64,000 nt of DNA, from the NCBI GenBank assembly GCA_018366195.1, contig JAGZIN010000001.1, forward strand, positions 16,481 to 80,480. The letters are read 5' to 3'. Position numbers and translations under genes: made by a program. Below, piece by piece: positions 1 through 10,519 of the stretch (positions within the stretch are counted from its first letter, which is position 1; every line of letters begins with the position of its first letter). The notes under the pieces were generated by a model, which worked only from the letters and a program-made list of their open reading frames with translations, was not told the DNA's origin and made no database searches. The stretch is from Butyricicoccus pullicaecorum (GTDB taxonomy: Bacteria; Bacillota; Clostridia; Oscillospirales; Butyricicoccaceae).

Positions 1-234
1 ACCCCAAAAAGTGAGGATATCTCGGTCAATGTTTGCAAGAAGAAGCAGCTCACCAATACCCGTGCATCAGGCTCAGATGATGCGCTGCGTCTCGTTCCGC
101 CCCGTCAGATGTCCATTGAGGCGGCACTGGAATTCCTTGCAGATGATGAATTGCTTGAGGTGACTCCAAATAATCTGCGTATCCGCAAGAAGATTCTGTC
201 CAATCAGCTTCGCATGAAGAAGAATCACGGATAA
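1..234 (+). CDS. typA: Partial CDS: C-terminal end of translational GTPase TypA/BipA (5' end lies outside the window)
   Basis: Frame 1 reads ...[26 protein letters not shown] to a TAA at 232-234, which is the typical BipA C-terminal tail. There is no start codon in the window. Confidence 0.75.
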   Translation, partial: TPKSEDISVNVCKKKQLTNTRASGSDDALRLVPPRQMSIEAALEFLADDELLEVTPNNLRIRKKILSNQLRMKKNHG

Positions 235-303
235 TTGCAGATATTCCGATTGACAGAACAGATTTGATGTAACATCATACATCAGAGAAAGGAAGTATGA
301 ACA

Positions 304-684
304 ATGAAAAAAAAGGTTTTGAACTCTGCATTTGCACCGGCTGCAATCGGCCCGTATTCGCAGGCAATTGAAACAGATGGTTTTATTTTTACCTCTGGTC
401 AGATTCCGATTGACTATAAGACAGGCAAAATTGAAGGCACCACCATTGAGGAGCAGGCGGAGCAGGTGATGCAGAATCTCAAGCATGTGCTGGCAGAAGG
501 CGGCGTTGGTATGGACCGCGTGATTAAGACAACCTGTTATCTGGCTGACCTTGCGGATTTTGCTGCATTTAATGAAGTATATGGAAAATATTTTCCAGAA
601 TCCGCACCGGCACGTTCCTGCTTTGCGGTTGCAGGTCTGCCGATGGGCGCAAAGCTCGAGGTAGAGTGTGTTGCAGTGAAGTAA
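304..684 (+). CDS. ridA: RidA/YjgF family reactive-intermediate (enamine/imine) deaminase
   Basis: The 126-aa ORF has the canonical RidA pattern (AIGPYSQA...GQIP...CYLADLADFAAFNEVY). AGGAAG lies upstream of the ATG. Confidence 0.9.
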   Translation: MKKKVLNSAFAPAAIGPYSQAIETDGFIFTSGQIPIDYKTGKIEGTTIEEQAEQVMQNLKHVLAEGGVGMDRVIKTTCYLADLADFAAFNEVYGKYFPESAPARSCFAVAGLPMGAKLEVECVAVK

Positions 685-736
685 ATGAAGATATGAGAAA
701 AGCGGCTGACCCATTTCGGGGTCAGCCGCTTTGGTA

Positions 737-1570
737 TTATCCAGCAATGACTGCATCTGAGAATCCGTCCGTTAGATGACCAGAAACAAGAATCACGTGT
801 CCCCAGAAGAGGTCATCGTCATCATAATAAAGTTCAAATGCACCATCTTGTGAACAAATAGAAATTTCACGAATCGAGATACGTGCTGCAAATTCGTCTT
901 CTGTAATGTCGGAGCTATCCTCAGCCTCGTCGTCTTGCCAGTCATTGGCACATTCTGTTAATACAGATGCAGCAAATCGACGTGCCTTTTGATCCCAGTC
1001 GGTGTCGTCTGTCAGCAAGCTTTGCAAGGTGTTTCGGGCAGCATCTGCTGTTTGCGATGCGTCTGCTTCAAGATATATGAGACAGTCCTTGCCTGCCCAT
1101 TTGCCTTCACCGCAGAATAGATGGAGTGATTTATCCAGCACCAGTGGGGAGCACCCGCAGACTTCCAACAGCACAGGCGTTTGATATGCGGTAAGCAGCT
1201 GCGTGAGCTGAGGGTCTTGACAATCACGTTCCAAAACTTCGACAACACAAAGAGATCTGCCTTGTGGAAGCTGTGATGTGGGCAGAGATTCCCGCACCCG
1301 CAGACGATAAATGGAAAGGCTTTGCAAATCAAAGATTTGCTCTTTGGTTTGCCGTTCCGTTTCGGTGAGCTGCCAGCAAAGCTGACAGGCATCTGTGCAA
1401 AGCTGTCCGCTGCTCAGGTCGATGATGCCGAGTGTGGGAAAGGTCATCTCCCATAATGTGCTGCTGCCGGCTCTGCCACAGCCACCATATTCTTGTGTCA
1501 GCGCGAGGATTTCTTTGGATTCCGGCGAAAATCGAGAAAAAAATAAGGCGCGTTCCTGTTGCTCTCCCAT
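737..1570 (-). CDS. Hypothetical acidic protein (unknown family), co-oriented with the DUF4364 gene
   Basis: 277-aa ORF with GC-rich third positions and Cys pairs. I recognise no family. Its start lies 7 nt downstream of the DUF4364 stop. Confidence 0.4.
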   Translation of the reverse strand: MGEQQERALFFSRFSPESKEILALTQEYGGCGRAGSSTLWEMTFPTLGIIDLSSGQLCTDACQLCWQLTETERQTKEQIFDLQSLSIYRLRVRESLPTSQLPQGRSLCVVEVLERDCQDPQLTQLLTAYQTPVLLEVCGCSPLVLDKSLHLFCGEGKWAGKDCLIYLEADASQTADAARNTLQSLLTDDTDWDQKARRFAASVLTECANDWQDDEAEDSSDITEDEFAARISIREISICSQDGAFELYYDDDDLFWGHVILVSGHLTDGFSDAVIAG

Positions 1571-1576
1571 GAGGAT

Positions 1577-2119
1577 TCAGTTTCCTTTCGTGTCATAATC
1601 GTTGGTCATGGCGTGCAGAATCGTTTGATAAATTTCTTCTGCATGCGCTCGGAATGTTTTTTCCAGCAGAGAAGCCTGCTCAGCGCTTGCAGCGTGCAGC
1701 TCAAGAGAAAAGACTTCGTCAATGCCCATCTGGACTAAAAAATCATGCGTATGCTGTTGCTCGGTATGGGTGAGAATCACAGCATCGCGATGTGCCTGCC
1801 GCACAACGCGCAGTGCGGAGCGCTGTGCAGATTCTCGAACGGTGTAGGGCAGACGGTGATGGAAGGCGGCAAGTGCTTCATGCCCCTTGTCGCTGATGGT
1901 ATAGGTGGTATCCAGACAAGGGTCTGCAATGGAGAGATGACCGGTTTCTACCAGCTCATCAAACGCCTCCTTGAATTCAAACCAGCCAAATCCATCATCA
2001 CACCATGTACAGACATCAAGCAGAATTTCAAAGGTTGCAGGCTCTGGCAGATAACACAATGCATATAGAATGAGGAATTTAATATCTTCTTTGGTTTTGA
2101 TAAATCCATAACGTGCCAT
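1577..2119 (-). CDS. DUF4364 family protein
   Basis: The N-terminus MARYGFIKTKEDIKFLILYAL is the signature of the clostridial DUF4364 family. 180 aa. Confidence 0.65.
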   Translation of the reverse strand: MARYGFIKTKEDIKFLILYALCYLPEPATFEILLDVCTWCDDGFGWFEFKEAFDELVETGHLSIADPCLDTTYTISDKGHEALAAFHHRLPYTVRESAQRSALRVVRQAHRDAVILTHTEQQHTHDFLVQMGIDEVFSLELHAASAEQASLLEKTFRAHAEEIYQTILHAMTNDYDTKGN

Positions 2120-2294
2120 GGACTCCCTCCTCGTTTTGGGAATGATATACGCTTATAGTATAGCACGTTTTTGGGAGCAGGGGAACGGGCAGACTTACAA
2201 AAAATAGGTGCAGAAAAAACGGTTGCAAACAGACGTTTGTGTATGCTATGATGAATAATAGATATCAAATAGACGGAATAGGGAGAAGAATGTT

Positions 2295-2930
2295 ATGATT
2301 ACGATAGAGCCGGCAGATTCATCAGACGCAAAAGAAATGCTTGCAATTTATCGCTATTATGTTACAGATACAACGGTTTCCAGCGAGTATGAACCGCCTT
2401 CCCTAGAGGTGTTTCAAGAACGGATTCGAACCTATACTGCAAAGCTTCCATGGCTGATTTGCCGACTGAATGGCAAAGCGGTGGGGTATGGCTATGCTTC
2501 TCCCCATCGCTCACGTGCAGGATATCAATGGTCTGTGGAAACCTCAATTTATGTTGCACCGGAATTTCAGCGACATGGGATTGCGGGAGCCTTGTATCGT
2601 TCCTTGTTTTCGCTCTTGGTACGGCAGGGGTATTATAATATTTTTGTGGGGATTACCTCTCCCAATGAGAAAAGCATTAAATTCCATACTGCAATGGGAT
2701 TCGTGATTTCAGGCGCATACCAAAATAGTATGTATAAATTTGGAGCATGGAGAGATGTTATCTGGATGGCAAAGAGTCTGCGTCCGCATGAGGTGGCGCC
2801 GGTGCCAACAGTACCCTTTCCTGAAATTGCACAGGAGGCACAGACGGAGGCTGTGCTGCTGTCACAAGCGCAGACGGTAAAACCATTTGACATGGGAGCG
2901 GGGTGCGAAGATGACAAGAAAACAGGCTGA
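2295..2930 (+). CDS. GNAT family N-acetyltransferase (phosphinothricin-acetyltransferase-like)
   Basis: Acetyl-CoA binding motifs are present (VAPEFQRHGIAGALYRSLF...GFVISG). The C-terminal 45 aa are low complexity. Confidence 0.8.
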   Translation: MITIEPADSSDAKEMLAIYRYYVTDTTVSSEYEPPSLEVFQERIRTYTAKLPWLICRLNGKAVGYGYASPHRSRAGYQWSVETSIYVAPEFQRHGIAGALYRSLFSLLVRQGYYNIFVGITSPNEKSIKFHTAMGFVISGAYQNSMYKFGAWRDVIWMAKSLRPHEVAPVPTVPFPEIAQEAQTEAVLLSQAQTVKPFDMGAGCEDDKKTG

Positions 2931-3630
2931 ACAGGCGCGCTTAGATGCAGCAGAGCATGAAGACCATCGCTCTCGTATGCGTGCCCGTATGGTGCGGCAG
3001 GGTTTTGACAGCTTGGAGCCGCATGAAGCGCTGGAGGTGCTCTTGTATTATGTCGTGCCGCGGCGAGATGTCAATCCGCTGGCACACCGGCTGCTGCGTA
3101 CCTTTGGCGGATATCATCGTGTTTTTGAAGCGACCATCGAAGAGTTGAAAAAGGTAGATGGTGTAGGAGATAAGGTAGCACTCTATTTATATACATTGGG
3201 TGCGCATGAGAGACGGTGCGACCATAGCAGGGTGGTGCAAAATGGGAAAACCTTACAGCTCAATACCATTGCCCGTATGGCGGATTATTTGCGGCCGCAG
3301 TTTAAGGGGCTTCGGGAGGAAGCATCGGTTCTGCTTTGTCTGGACGCGTCAAGACGTCCCATTAGCTGTGATGTTTTGGGTGTGGGTTCGGTCAATACAA
3401 GCGAAGTGAGTATTCAGAAAATCAATGCGCTTGCTGTGCGGCATCATGCAGCGGTCACGGTGCTGGCGCACAACCACCCGCGTGGTGCAGCAATCCCATC
3501 ACAGGAGGATATTGAGACAACCTTACAATTGCGTGTCCTGCTTTCTGGTGTTGGTGTGGAGCTGATTGAGCATTTGATTTTTGGAGAGCACGATTTTGTA
3601 TCCCTTGCAGAAAGCGGATTTTTTGGATAG
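2911..3630 (+). CDS. radC: RadC-like JAB domain protein (UPF0758)
   Basis: Has the HNHPRG (HNHPSG-type) JAMM motif and a helix-hairpin-helix N-terminal region. The start is uncertain (2887, 2911 or 2977); 2911 has the better RBS. Confidence 0.75.
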   Translation: MTRKQAEQARLDAAEHEDHRSRMRARMVRQGFDSLEPHEALEVLLYYVVPRRDVNPLAHRLLRTFGGYHRVFEATIEELKKVDGVGDKVALYLYTLGAHERRCDHSRVVQNGKTLQLNTIARMADYLRPQFKGLREEASVLLCLDASRRPISCDVLGVGSVNTSEVSIQKINALAVRHHAAVTVLAHNHPRGAAIPSQEDIETTLQLRVLLSGVGVELIEHLIFGEHDFVSLAESGFFG

Positions 3631-3656
3631 CAGACGGAGATCAGGAGGTGTGACTG

Positions 3657-5615
3657 ATGCCTAAATTTCAGATAGTGAGTGCGTATCAGATGGCGGGAGA
3701 TCAGCCCGCAGCGGTAGAGGCATTGTCCGCGGGCGTGGAAAACGGACTGACAGAGCAGACTCTGCTTGGGGTTACGGGTTCCGGAAAAACCTTCACCATG
3801 GCGAATATCATTGAAAAAACCCAGCGCCCTACACTGGTGCTGGCACATAATAAAACCTTGGCGGCACAGCTTTGTTCAGAACTGCGTGAATTTTTTCCCA
3901 ATAATGCAGTTGAATTTTTTGTGAGTTATTATGACTATTATCAGCCGGAAGCCTATATTGCATCGACGGATACCTATATTGAAAAGGATTCAGCAATCAA
4001 TGATGAAATTGACCGGCTGCGCCACTCGGCAACGAGCGCACTCTTTGAGCGGGAAGATGTGATTATTGTGGCATCTGTTTCCTGTATCTACTCCCTCGGC
4101 GACCCGATTGATTATAAGAATATGGTGATTTCTCTGCGCCCGGGTATGGAGAAAAATCGTGATGATTTCCTGCGTAAGCTCATTGAAATTCAATATGAGC
4201 GTAATGATGTTGCATTTGAGCGCAATCGCTTTCGCGTGCGTGGTGACGTTGTGGAAATTTGGCCTGCCTATGCAGAGAGTCTGGCGTTCCGTGTGGAATT
4301 TTTTGGAGATGAAATTGATAGATTGTGTGAAATCAATCCATTGACCGGAGTCCCAATCCGTGATGTGCAGCATGTTGCGATTTATCCCGCAAGCCATTAT
4401 GTCACGACAAAAGAAAAGCTGGAGCGTGCGATTCATGTGCTGGAGGAGGAGCTTGACGAGCGGGTGAAATGGTTTGAAGCGCACGGCAAGCTGGTGGAGG
4501 CACAGCGCATTGCACAGCGTACACGATATGATATTGAAATGATGCAGGAAATTGGATTTTGCAGCGGCATTGAAAATTATTCTCGTGTGATTTCCGGACG
4601 TGCGCCGGGTTCAGCACCCTGTACGCTGCTCGACTACTTCCCGAAGGATTTCCTGCTGATTGTAGATGAGAGTCATGTTACCTTGCCGCAGGTACGTGCC
4701 ATGTATCACGGCGATTTTGCGCGTAAAACAAGCCTGATTGAGAATGGCTTCCGTCTGCCCTCTGCGCTGGACAACCGTCCGTTGAACTTTGAGGAGTTCA
4801 ATGCACGCATCAATCAGGTCATTTATGTCTCTGCAACACCGGGAGATTATGAGAAGGAGCGTTCCGGTCAGATTGTGGAACAGGTCATTCGCCCAACCGG
4901 ATTGTTGGACCCGTTGATTGAGGTGCGTCCGGTAGAGGGGCAAATTGATGATTTGTTGAGCGAAATCCATACGGTGACAGCGCGTGGAGAACGTGTGCTG
5001 GTAACAACCCTGACAAAGAAAATGGCAGAGGATTTGACCAGTTATCTGGAAAATGTAGGTGTGCGGGTGCGCTATCTGCACCATGATGTCAAGACCATTG
5101 AGAGAATGGAGCTGATTCGGGATTTGCGCCTTGGATTGTATGACGTTCTGGTAGGCATCAACCTGCTGCGGGAGGGATTGGATTTGCCCGAGGTATCTCG
5201 AGTCGCTATTTTAGATGCAGATAAGGAGGGGTTCCTGCGCTCGGAAACCTCACTCATTCAGACAATTGGCAGAGCAGCGCGCAATGCGGACGGGCGCGTG
5301 GTGATGTATGCAGATACCATGACCAAATCTATGCGATGTGCGATTGATGAGACAGCACGTCGCCGTGAAAAGCAGATGGCATTCAATGCGGCGCATGGCA
5401 TCATACCCAGAACAATACAAAAAAATGTGCATGAAATCATTGAAATCTCGAGTGAGAGCCGGACACCGAAGAAAAAGCGCATGAGCAAGAGTGAACGGAA
5501 TGTCGAGATTGCACGGCTGACCCGACAAATGAAGGAGGCTGCAAAGCTGCTTGAGTTTGAGCTGGCAGCACAATTGCGTGATGAGATTCAGACACTCCAA
5601 AGCGGCATGGAATAA
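3657..5615 (+). CDS. uvrB: Excinuclease ABC subunit B
   Basis: Has the GVTGSGKTF Walker A motif, helicase motifs and the C-terminal UvrB/UvrC interaction helix ([13 protein letters not shown]). Confidence 0.97.
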   Translation: MPKFQIVSAYQMAGDQPAAVEALSAGVENGLTEQTLLGVTGSGKTFTMANIIEKTQRPTLVLAHNKTLAAQLCSELREFFPNNAVEFFVSYYDYYQPEAYIASTDTYIEKDSAINDEIDRLRHSATSALFEREDVIIVASVSCIYSLGDPIDYKNMVISLRPGMEKNRDDFLRKLIEIQYERNDVAFERNRFRVRGDVVEIWPAYAESLAFRVEFFGDEIDRLCEINPLTGVPIRDVQHVAIYPASHYVTTKEKLERAIHVLEEELDERVKWFEAHGKLVEAQRIAQRTRYDIEMMQEIGFCSGIENYSRVISGRAPGSAPCTLLDYFPKDFLLIVDESHVTLPQVRAMYHGDFARKTSLIENGFRLPSALDNRPLNFEEFNARINQVIYVSATPGDYEKERSGQIVEQVIRPTGLLDPLIEVRPVEGQIDDLLSEIHTVTARGERVLVTTLTKKMAEDLTSYLENVGVRVRYLHHDVKTIERMELIRDLRLGLYDVLVGINLLREGLDLPEVSRVAILDADKEGFLRSETSLIQTIGRAARNADGRVVMYADTMTKSMRCAIDETARRREKQMAFNAAHGIIPRTIQKNVHEIIEISSESRTPKKKRMSKSERNVEIARLTRQMKEAAKLLEFELAAQLRDEIQTLQSGME

Positions 5616-5651
5616 AGAGAGACGATGTGGAGCATCATGGAGGACAAGAGA

Positions 5652-6464
5652 ATGAAGAAAGTTTATGCAATGTATTGGAGTGCCACCGGAACAACGAAAA
5701 AAGTGGTGTCTGCAATTGCGCAGACCTTGGCAAAGCTTGCAGAGCGACCCTGTGAAATCATAGATTTTACCCAACCGGCTGCACGTGAGTCGGCGCCTTG
5801 TTTTGCAGAACAGGATATTGTGGTTTTTGGCACGCCAGTCTATGCAGGGCGCGTGCCAAATGTGCTGCTCAAATATTTGCAGACCATACAGGGGAGTGGT
5901 GCGTATGCAGTGCCTGTGGTTTTGTTCGGCAATCGTAATTTTGATGATGGGCTGATTGAGCTGCGAAATCTGCTCGAAGCAGATGGCTTCCATACAATAG
6001 CGGGCGGAGCTTTTGTGGGAGAGCATGCATTTTCCAAAACGCTGGGTGTGGGCAGACCGGACGCGGCAGATTTACAGGAGGCACAGGAGTTTGCACATGC
6101 AATCTGGAGCGCCATGCAGCAGGGTGCGTATCATACACCGGTGCAGGTGGCAGGCCATGACCCGATTCGTCCTTACTATACGCCAAGAGATCGAGCGGGC
6201 AATCCCATCAATATCCTCAAGGTGAAGCCGAAAACGCATGAGGCGCTTTGCGATGGCTGCGGAGTCTGTGTGCGGGTCTGTCCGATGGGTTCGATTGATG
6301 CCGAAAATCCATCTTTGGTTCCGGGGATTTGTATTAAATGCTGTGCATGCGTTAAGAAATGCCCAACTGGGGCAAAATATTATGATGATGCAGGATATCT
6401 GTATCATAAGGAGGAATTGGAGCTTGCGTATGAGCGCCGCGCATCAAACGCGACCTTTGTGTAA
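5652..6464 (+). CDS. EFR1-family ferredoxin: flavodoxin-like domain fused to two 4Fe-4S cluster motifs
   Basis: The N-terminal half is a flavodoxin fold (YWSATGTTKK). The C-terminal half has CDGCGVCVRVCP and CIKCCACVKKCP. The RBS GGAGGA precedes the ATG at 5652. Confidence 0.8.
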   Translation: MKKVYAMYWSATGTTKKVVSAIAQTLAKLAERPCEIIDFTQPAARESAPCFAEQDIVVFGTPVYAGRVPNVLLKYLQTIQGSGAYAVPVVLFGNRNFDDGLIELRNLLEADGFHTIAGGAFVGEHAFSKTLGVGRPDAADLQEAQEFAHAIWSAMQQGAYHTPVQVAGHDPIRPYYTPRDRAGNPINILKVKPKTHEALCDGCGVCVRVCPMGSIDAENPSLVPGICIKCCACVKKCPTGAKYYDDAGYLYHKEELELAYERRASNATFV

Positions 6465-6492
6465 GCCCTTGAATTTATCGAAAGGATTCTAA

Positions 6493-9336
6493 ATGCAAGA
6501 TCAAATTCATATTAAGGGAGCCAGAGAGCATAATCTCAAAAACATTGACTTGACCATTCCGCGGGATAAGCTGGTGGTGTTCACAGGCTTGTCCGGCTCC
6601 GGAAAATCTTCTTTGGCATTTGATACCATTTATGCGGAGGGGCAACGGCGTTATGTAGAGTCGCTGTCTTCCTATGCGCGTCAGTTTTTGGGACAGATGG
6701 AAAAACCAGATGTCGATTATATTGAGGGGCTTTCGCCGGCAATTTCAATCGACCAGAAAACGACCTCGAAAAATCCACGCTCTACGGTGGGCACAGTGAC
6801 CGAGATTTACGATTATTTGCGTCTGTTGTGGGCGCGTATCGGAACACCGCACTGTCCAAAATGTGGAAAGGAAATCCATCAGCAGACAATCGACCAAATT
6901 ATTGACCAGCTGATGGGCTTACCGGAGGGAACCAAGTTACAGGTCTTAGCTCCTGTTGTGCGGCAGCGCAAGGGGGAGCATGTGAAGGTGCTGAAAGATG
7001 CCCAAAAGTCCGGCTATGTGCGTGTGCGCGTGGACGGGAATCTGTATGACCTTTCCGAAGAAATCAAGCTTGAAAAAAATAAAAAACATTCGATAGAGAT
7101 TGTGGTTGACCGTGTGGTGGTTCGCGCAGATGCACGTTCTCGCTTGACGGATTCAGTGGAAGCTGCGTCTGCACTTTCCGGCGGTCTGGTGCTGGCAGAT
7201 GTGATTGGGGGAGAGGTTCTCACCTTTTCTCAAAATTATGCCTGCGAGGATTGCAATATTTCAATTGAAGAGTTGACACCGCGCATGTTTTCGTTTAATA
7301 ACCCTTACGGTGCGTGTCCGACCTGTACAGGGCTTGGCGTACAGATGAAAATTGACCCTGACCGAATCATTCCAAACCCAAACCTGTCGATTGCAGGAGG
7401 TGCCATTCATGCTTCTGGGTGGTCCAATGCCGAGTCGGGAAGTATTTCGCGAATGTACTATGATGCCTTGGGAGCACGGTACGGCTTTACACTCGACACC
7501 CCCATTTGCGATTTTTCCGAAGAAGCACGAGAAGCGCTGCTTTATGGAACCAAGGGAGAGCCGCTGGACATTCAGGTGAAACGCTTTTCAGGCGCTTCGA
7601 TGAGCCAGCCCTTTGAAGGAATCATCAACAATCTCGAGCGTCGGTATCGTGAAACCAGCAGTGATTATATGCGGGCTGAAATTGAGGATTGTATGAGTGC
7701 AATCCCCTGTCAGGATTGCGGAGGACAGCGCCTGAAGAAAGAAATTTTGGCTGTCACCGTGGGCGGCAGGAATATTGCAGAATATTGTGCGCTTTCGGTC
7801 ACCAAGGCACTGGATTTTATGCGGGATTTGGAGCTGAATGAAATGCAGCATAAAATTGGTGACCGTGTTATTAAGGAAATTCTGGACCGATTGGGCTTTT
7901 TGCAGTCAGTTGGTTTGGAATATCTCACGCTGTCACGTGCCTCTGGTACGCTGTCGGGCGGAGAAAGCCAGCGAATTCGTCTTGCCACACAAATTGGTTC
8001 TTCTCTTATGGGGGTACTGTATATTTTGGACGAACCGTCCATTGGTCTGCATCAGCGTGATAATGACAAACTGCTTGATACACTCAAGCAGCTGCGCGAT
8101 GTTGGCAATACCCTGATTGTGGTGGAACATGATGAGGATACGATGTATGCTGCCGACCATATTGTAGATATTGGACCCGGAGCAGGTGTGCACGGTGGGG
8201 AAATTATTTTTCAGGGCACTGTGGAAGATATGTGCAAGGCGGAAAGGTCGATTACAGGCGCCTACTTATCGGGACGGCGTTTTATTCCGATTCCAGAGAT
8301 TCGGCGCAAGGGAAGCGGAAAATGGCTTTCTGTGTACGGTGCGGCAGTGCACAACCTCAAGCATACAGATTTTTCCATTCCGCTTGGAACACTGACGTGT
8401 GTGACAGGCGTTTCCGGCTCAGGAAAGTCTTCGTTTGTCAATGAGATTTTGTATAAAAAACTGGCATCAGAGCTCAATGGTGCCAAAACACGTGCAGGTG
8501 CATTTGACAGCATCAAGGGAATGGAATACCTCGATAAGGTCATTGATATTGACCAGTCTCCCATTGGACGCACTCCGCGCTCCAATCCCGCAACGTATAC
8601 AGGTGTATTTCATGATATTCGAGAACTGTTTGCTGCCACACAGGACGCAAAGATGCGTGGTTATGGTCCGGGACGCTTTTCCTTTAATGTAAAGGGCGGA
8701 CGATGCGAGGCGTGTGCAGGAGATGGACTGCTCAAAATCGAAATGCACTTTTTGCCGGATATTTATGTGCCCTGTGATGTGTGCAAGGGCAAGCGATATA
8801 ACAAGGAAACGCTGGAAGTGCGCTATAAGGGGAAGAACATCTATGAAGTACTGGATATGACCGTAGATGAAGCGCTTCTGTTCTTTGAAAATGTGCCCAA
8901 GATTGCACGCCGCCTGCAAACCTTGCAGGAGGTTGGACTGGGATATATCAAGCTGGGACAGTCCTCCACCACGTTGTCGGGAGGTGAGGCGCAGCGTGCC
9001 AAGTTGGCAGCCGAGCTTTCCAAGCGCGGAACTGGTAAAACAATTTATATTTTGGACGAGCCAACAACAGGATTGCACATTGCAGATGTACATCGTCTGG
9101 TTGATGTACTGCAAAAGCTGGTGGATACTGGAAACACGGTTGTTGTTATTGAACACAATCTAGATGTCATCAAAACTGCGGATTATATCATTGATTTGGG
9201 ACCGGAAGGCGGAGATGGAGGCGGAACAGTTGTCGTCGCAGGCACACCGGAGGAGGTCGCGGACTGTGAGGCTTCCTATACCGGAAGGTATCTCAAAAAG
9301 GTACTGGAGCGCACGCAAAAGCTGCAAGAAGAATAA
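6493..9336 (+). CDS. uvrA: Excinuclease ABC subunit A
   Basis: 947 aa with two ABC ATPase modules ([18 protein letters not shown]) and zinc-finger Cys clusters. Confidence 0.97.
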   Translation: MQDQIHIKGAREHNLKNIDLTIPRDKLVVFTGLSGSGKSSLAFDTIYAEGQRRYVESLSSYARQFLGQMEKPDVDYIEGLSPAISIDQKTTSKNPRSTVGTVTEIYDYLRLLWARIGTPHCPKCGKEIHQQTIDQIIDQLMGLPEGTKLQVLAPVVRQRKGEHVKVLKDAQKSGYVRVRVDGNLYDLSEEIKLEKNKKHSIEIVVDRVVVRADARSRLTDSVEAASALSGGLVLADVIGGEVLTFSQNYACEDCNISIEELTPRMFSFNNPYGACPTCTGLGVQMKIDPDRIIPNPNLSIAGGAIHASGWSNAESGSISRMYYDALGARYGFTLDTPICDFSEEAREALLYGTKGEPLDIQVKRFSGASMSQPFEGIINNLERRYRETSSDYMRAEIEDCMSAIPCQDCGGQRLKKEILAVTVGGRNIAEYCALSVTKALDFMRDLELNEMQHKIGDRVIKEILDRLGFLQSVGLEYLTLSRASGTLSGGESQRIRLATQIGSSLMGVLYILDEPSIGLHQRDNDKLLDTLKQLRDVGNTLIVVEHDEDTMYAADHIVDIGPGAGVHGGEIIFQGTVEDMCKAERSITGAYLSGRRFIPIPEIRRKGSGKWLSVYGAAVHNLKHTDFSIPLGTLTCVTGVSGSGKSSFVNEILYKKLASELNGAKTRAGAFDSIKGMEYLDKVIDIDQSPIGRTPRSNPATYTGVFHDIRELFAATQDAKMRGYGPGRFSFNVKGGRCEACAGDGLLKIEMHFLPDIYVPCDVCKGKRYNKETLEVRYKGKNIYEVLDMTVDEALLFFENVPKIARRLQTLQEVGLGYIKLGQSSTTLSGGEAQRAKLAAELSKRGTGKTIYILDEPTTGLHIADVHRLVDVLQKLVDTGNTVVVIEHNLDVIKTADYIIDLGPEGGDGGGTVVVAGTPEEVADCEASYTGRYLKKVLERTQKLQEE

Positions 9337-9342
9337 GCACCG

Positions 9343-9380
9343 GAAAGACCCTTTCTATTTGGAGAAGGGGTCTTTTTGCT
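9343..9380 (+). terminator. Rho-independent terminator after uvrA
   Basis: The stem AAAGACCC / GGGTCTTT is followed by TTTTT. Confidence 0.7.
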
Positions 9381-9710
9381 GAGCATCGAAGAAGATATTT
9401 TCACAGATTCAAAATAGTGTTAGAATAGAGAAAAAGCAATCGAGATACATAGGAGACGATACGAAAAAACAAGGGGAGATTGAGTGGGGTGATGCTATGG
9501 AGTGGAACCATTACATGGATACATATCTTTTTACAGATCATGTTCATACTATCATTTTTGCTATTCTCTGCTATATATGGTTATTCTCTGCTGCGGTATT
9601 GTACACTGCACATCTGTATGCTATGATACATACAGATTCTTTCGAAAGAACAAAAGCAAACATCATTTGACATTTCAGAAGGACGTTAAAAGATTTGATG
9701 TATCATACAT

Positions 9711-10280
9711 GTGCAGAGGAGGGAGTGGGCATTGGATTCGTGGAAAAGCGAAGCAGAAAGGAAGATTGTTTTGGAGACACGTTGGAAGCTGTTTGGTTCC
9801 GGTATTCTGGGATATGTTTTACTCGCAATGATTGGTTTTGCTGTTCTGACAAAACCATTTCTTTCTTTTGAAATGGTAAAATACACGAGTATCACGATTC
9901 CGCTCAATGCAATGATTTTGTTTGCGGGTGCGATTGCGATTGGCAGCTGGATTGCAAAAAAGCAGCCGTGCACGGGAGACGTTTTGGATAAAGGATTGTC
10001 AGGAATATCGCTGGGTCAATTTATTTGGGTTCGTTATGGATTCCCGCTTGTGGTTGCTATGGTATTGTGGGGGATTTATCTCTTGAATCCACAAATAAAT
10101 TGGGATATTTCTTTTTGGATTTATCCAGATACTGCTTATGATGCACCGGTATGGAAGCAATTTATCATTTATCAGGTGATTTCGTTTGAGTCTGTTACAG
10201 CTTGGCTTTTGGGTTACCTGACTTATGTGATTCAGAAAAGTAAAAAAGAGTATCGCTATTGTGCGCAAAAAAGCGTATGA
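9711..10280 (+). CDS. Hypothetical polytopic membrane protein in a low-GC patch (start uncertain)
   Basis: About four hydrophobic segments and AT-rich codon usage unlike its neighbours. I recognise no family. Confidence 0.35.
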   Translation: MQRREWALDSWKSEAERKIVLETRWKLFGSGILGYVLLAMIGFAVLTKPFLSFEMVKYTSITIPLNAMILFAGAIAIGSWIAKKQPCTGDVLDKGLSGISLGQFIWVRYGFPLVVAMVLWGIYLLNPQINWDISFWIYPDTAYDAPVWKQFIIYQVISFESVTAWLLGYLTYVIQKSKKEYRYCAQKSV

Positions 10281-10519
10281 TTGTTTGATGTCCCGAATAT
10301 AGTTAGGGGATTTCAGTGCGCTGTGTTCGGTGCATGAATCCATATCAGGCAAGAGCATCGAAATTTGAAAGGCACAAATCAGGATCGGAAAATAAATTCA
10401 GGGCAGGTAGCCGTTTGCACGCTACCTGTCCTTGTTTTTATGGCGACAAAAGAAATGTTGAGATTTTGTGTGTTTTCTGCTATGATAAATTTGAATAAGA
10501 ATACTTCGAGGGAGTTACC

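Noticed and set aside
2416-2440. GGATTCGAACC, a tRNA T-arm-like motif
   Set aside because: It lies within the GNAT coding frame (ERIRTYTA). There is no acceptor stem or anticodon arm. No tRNA genes were found in the window.
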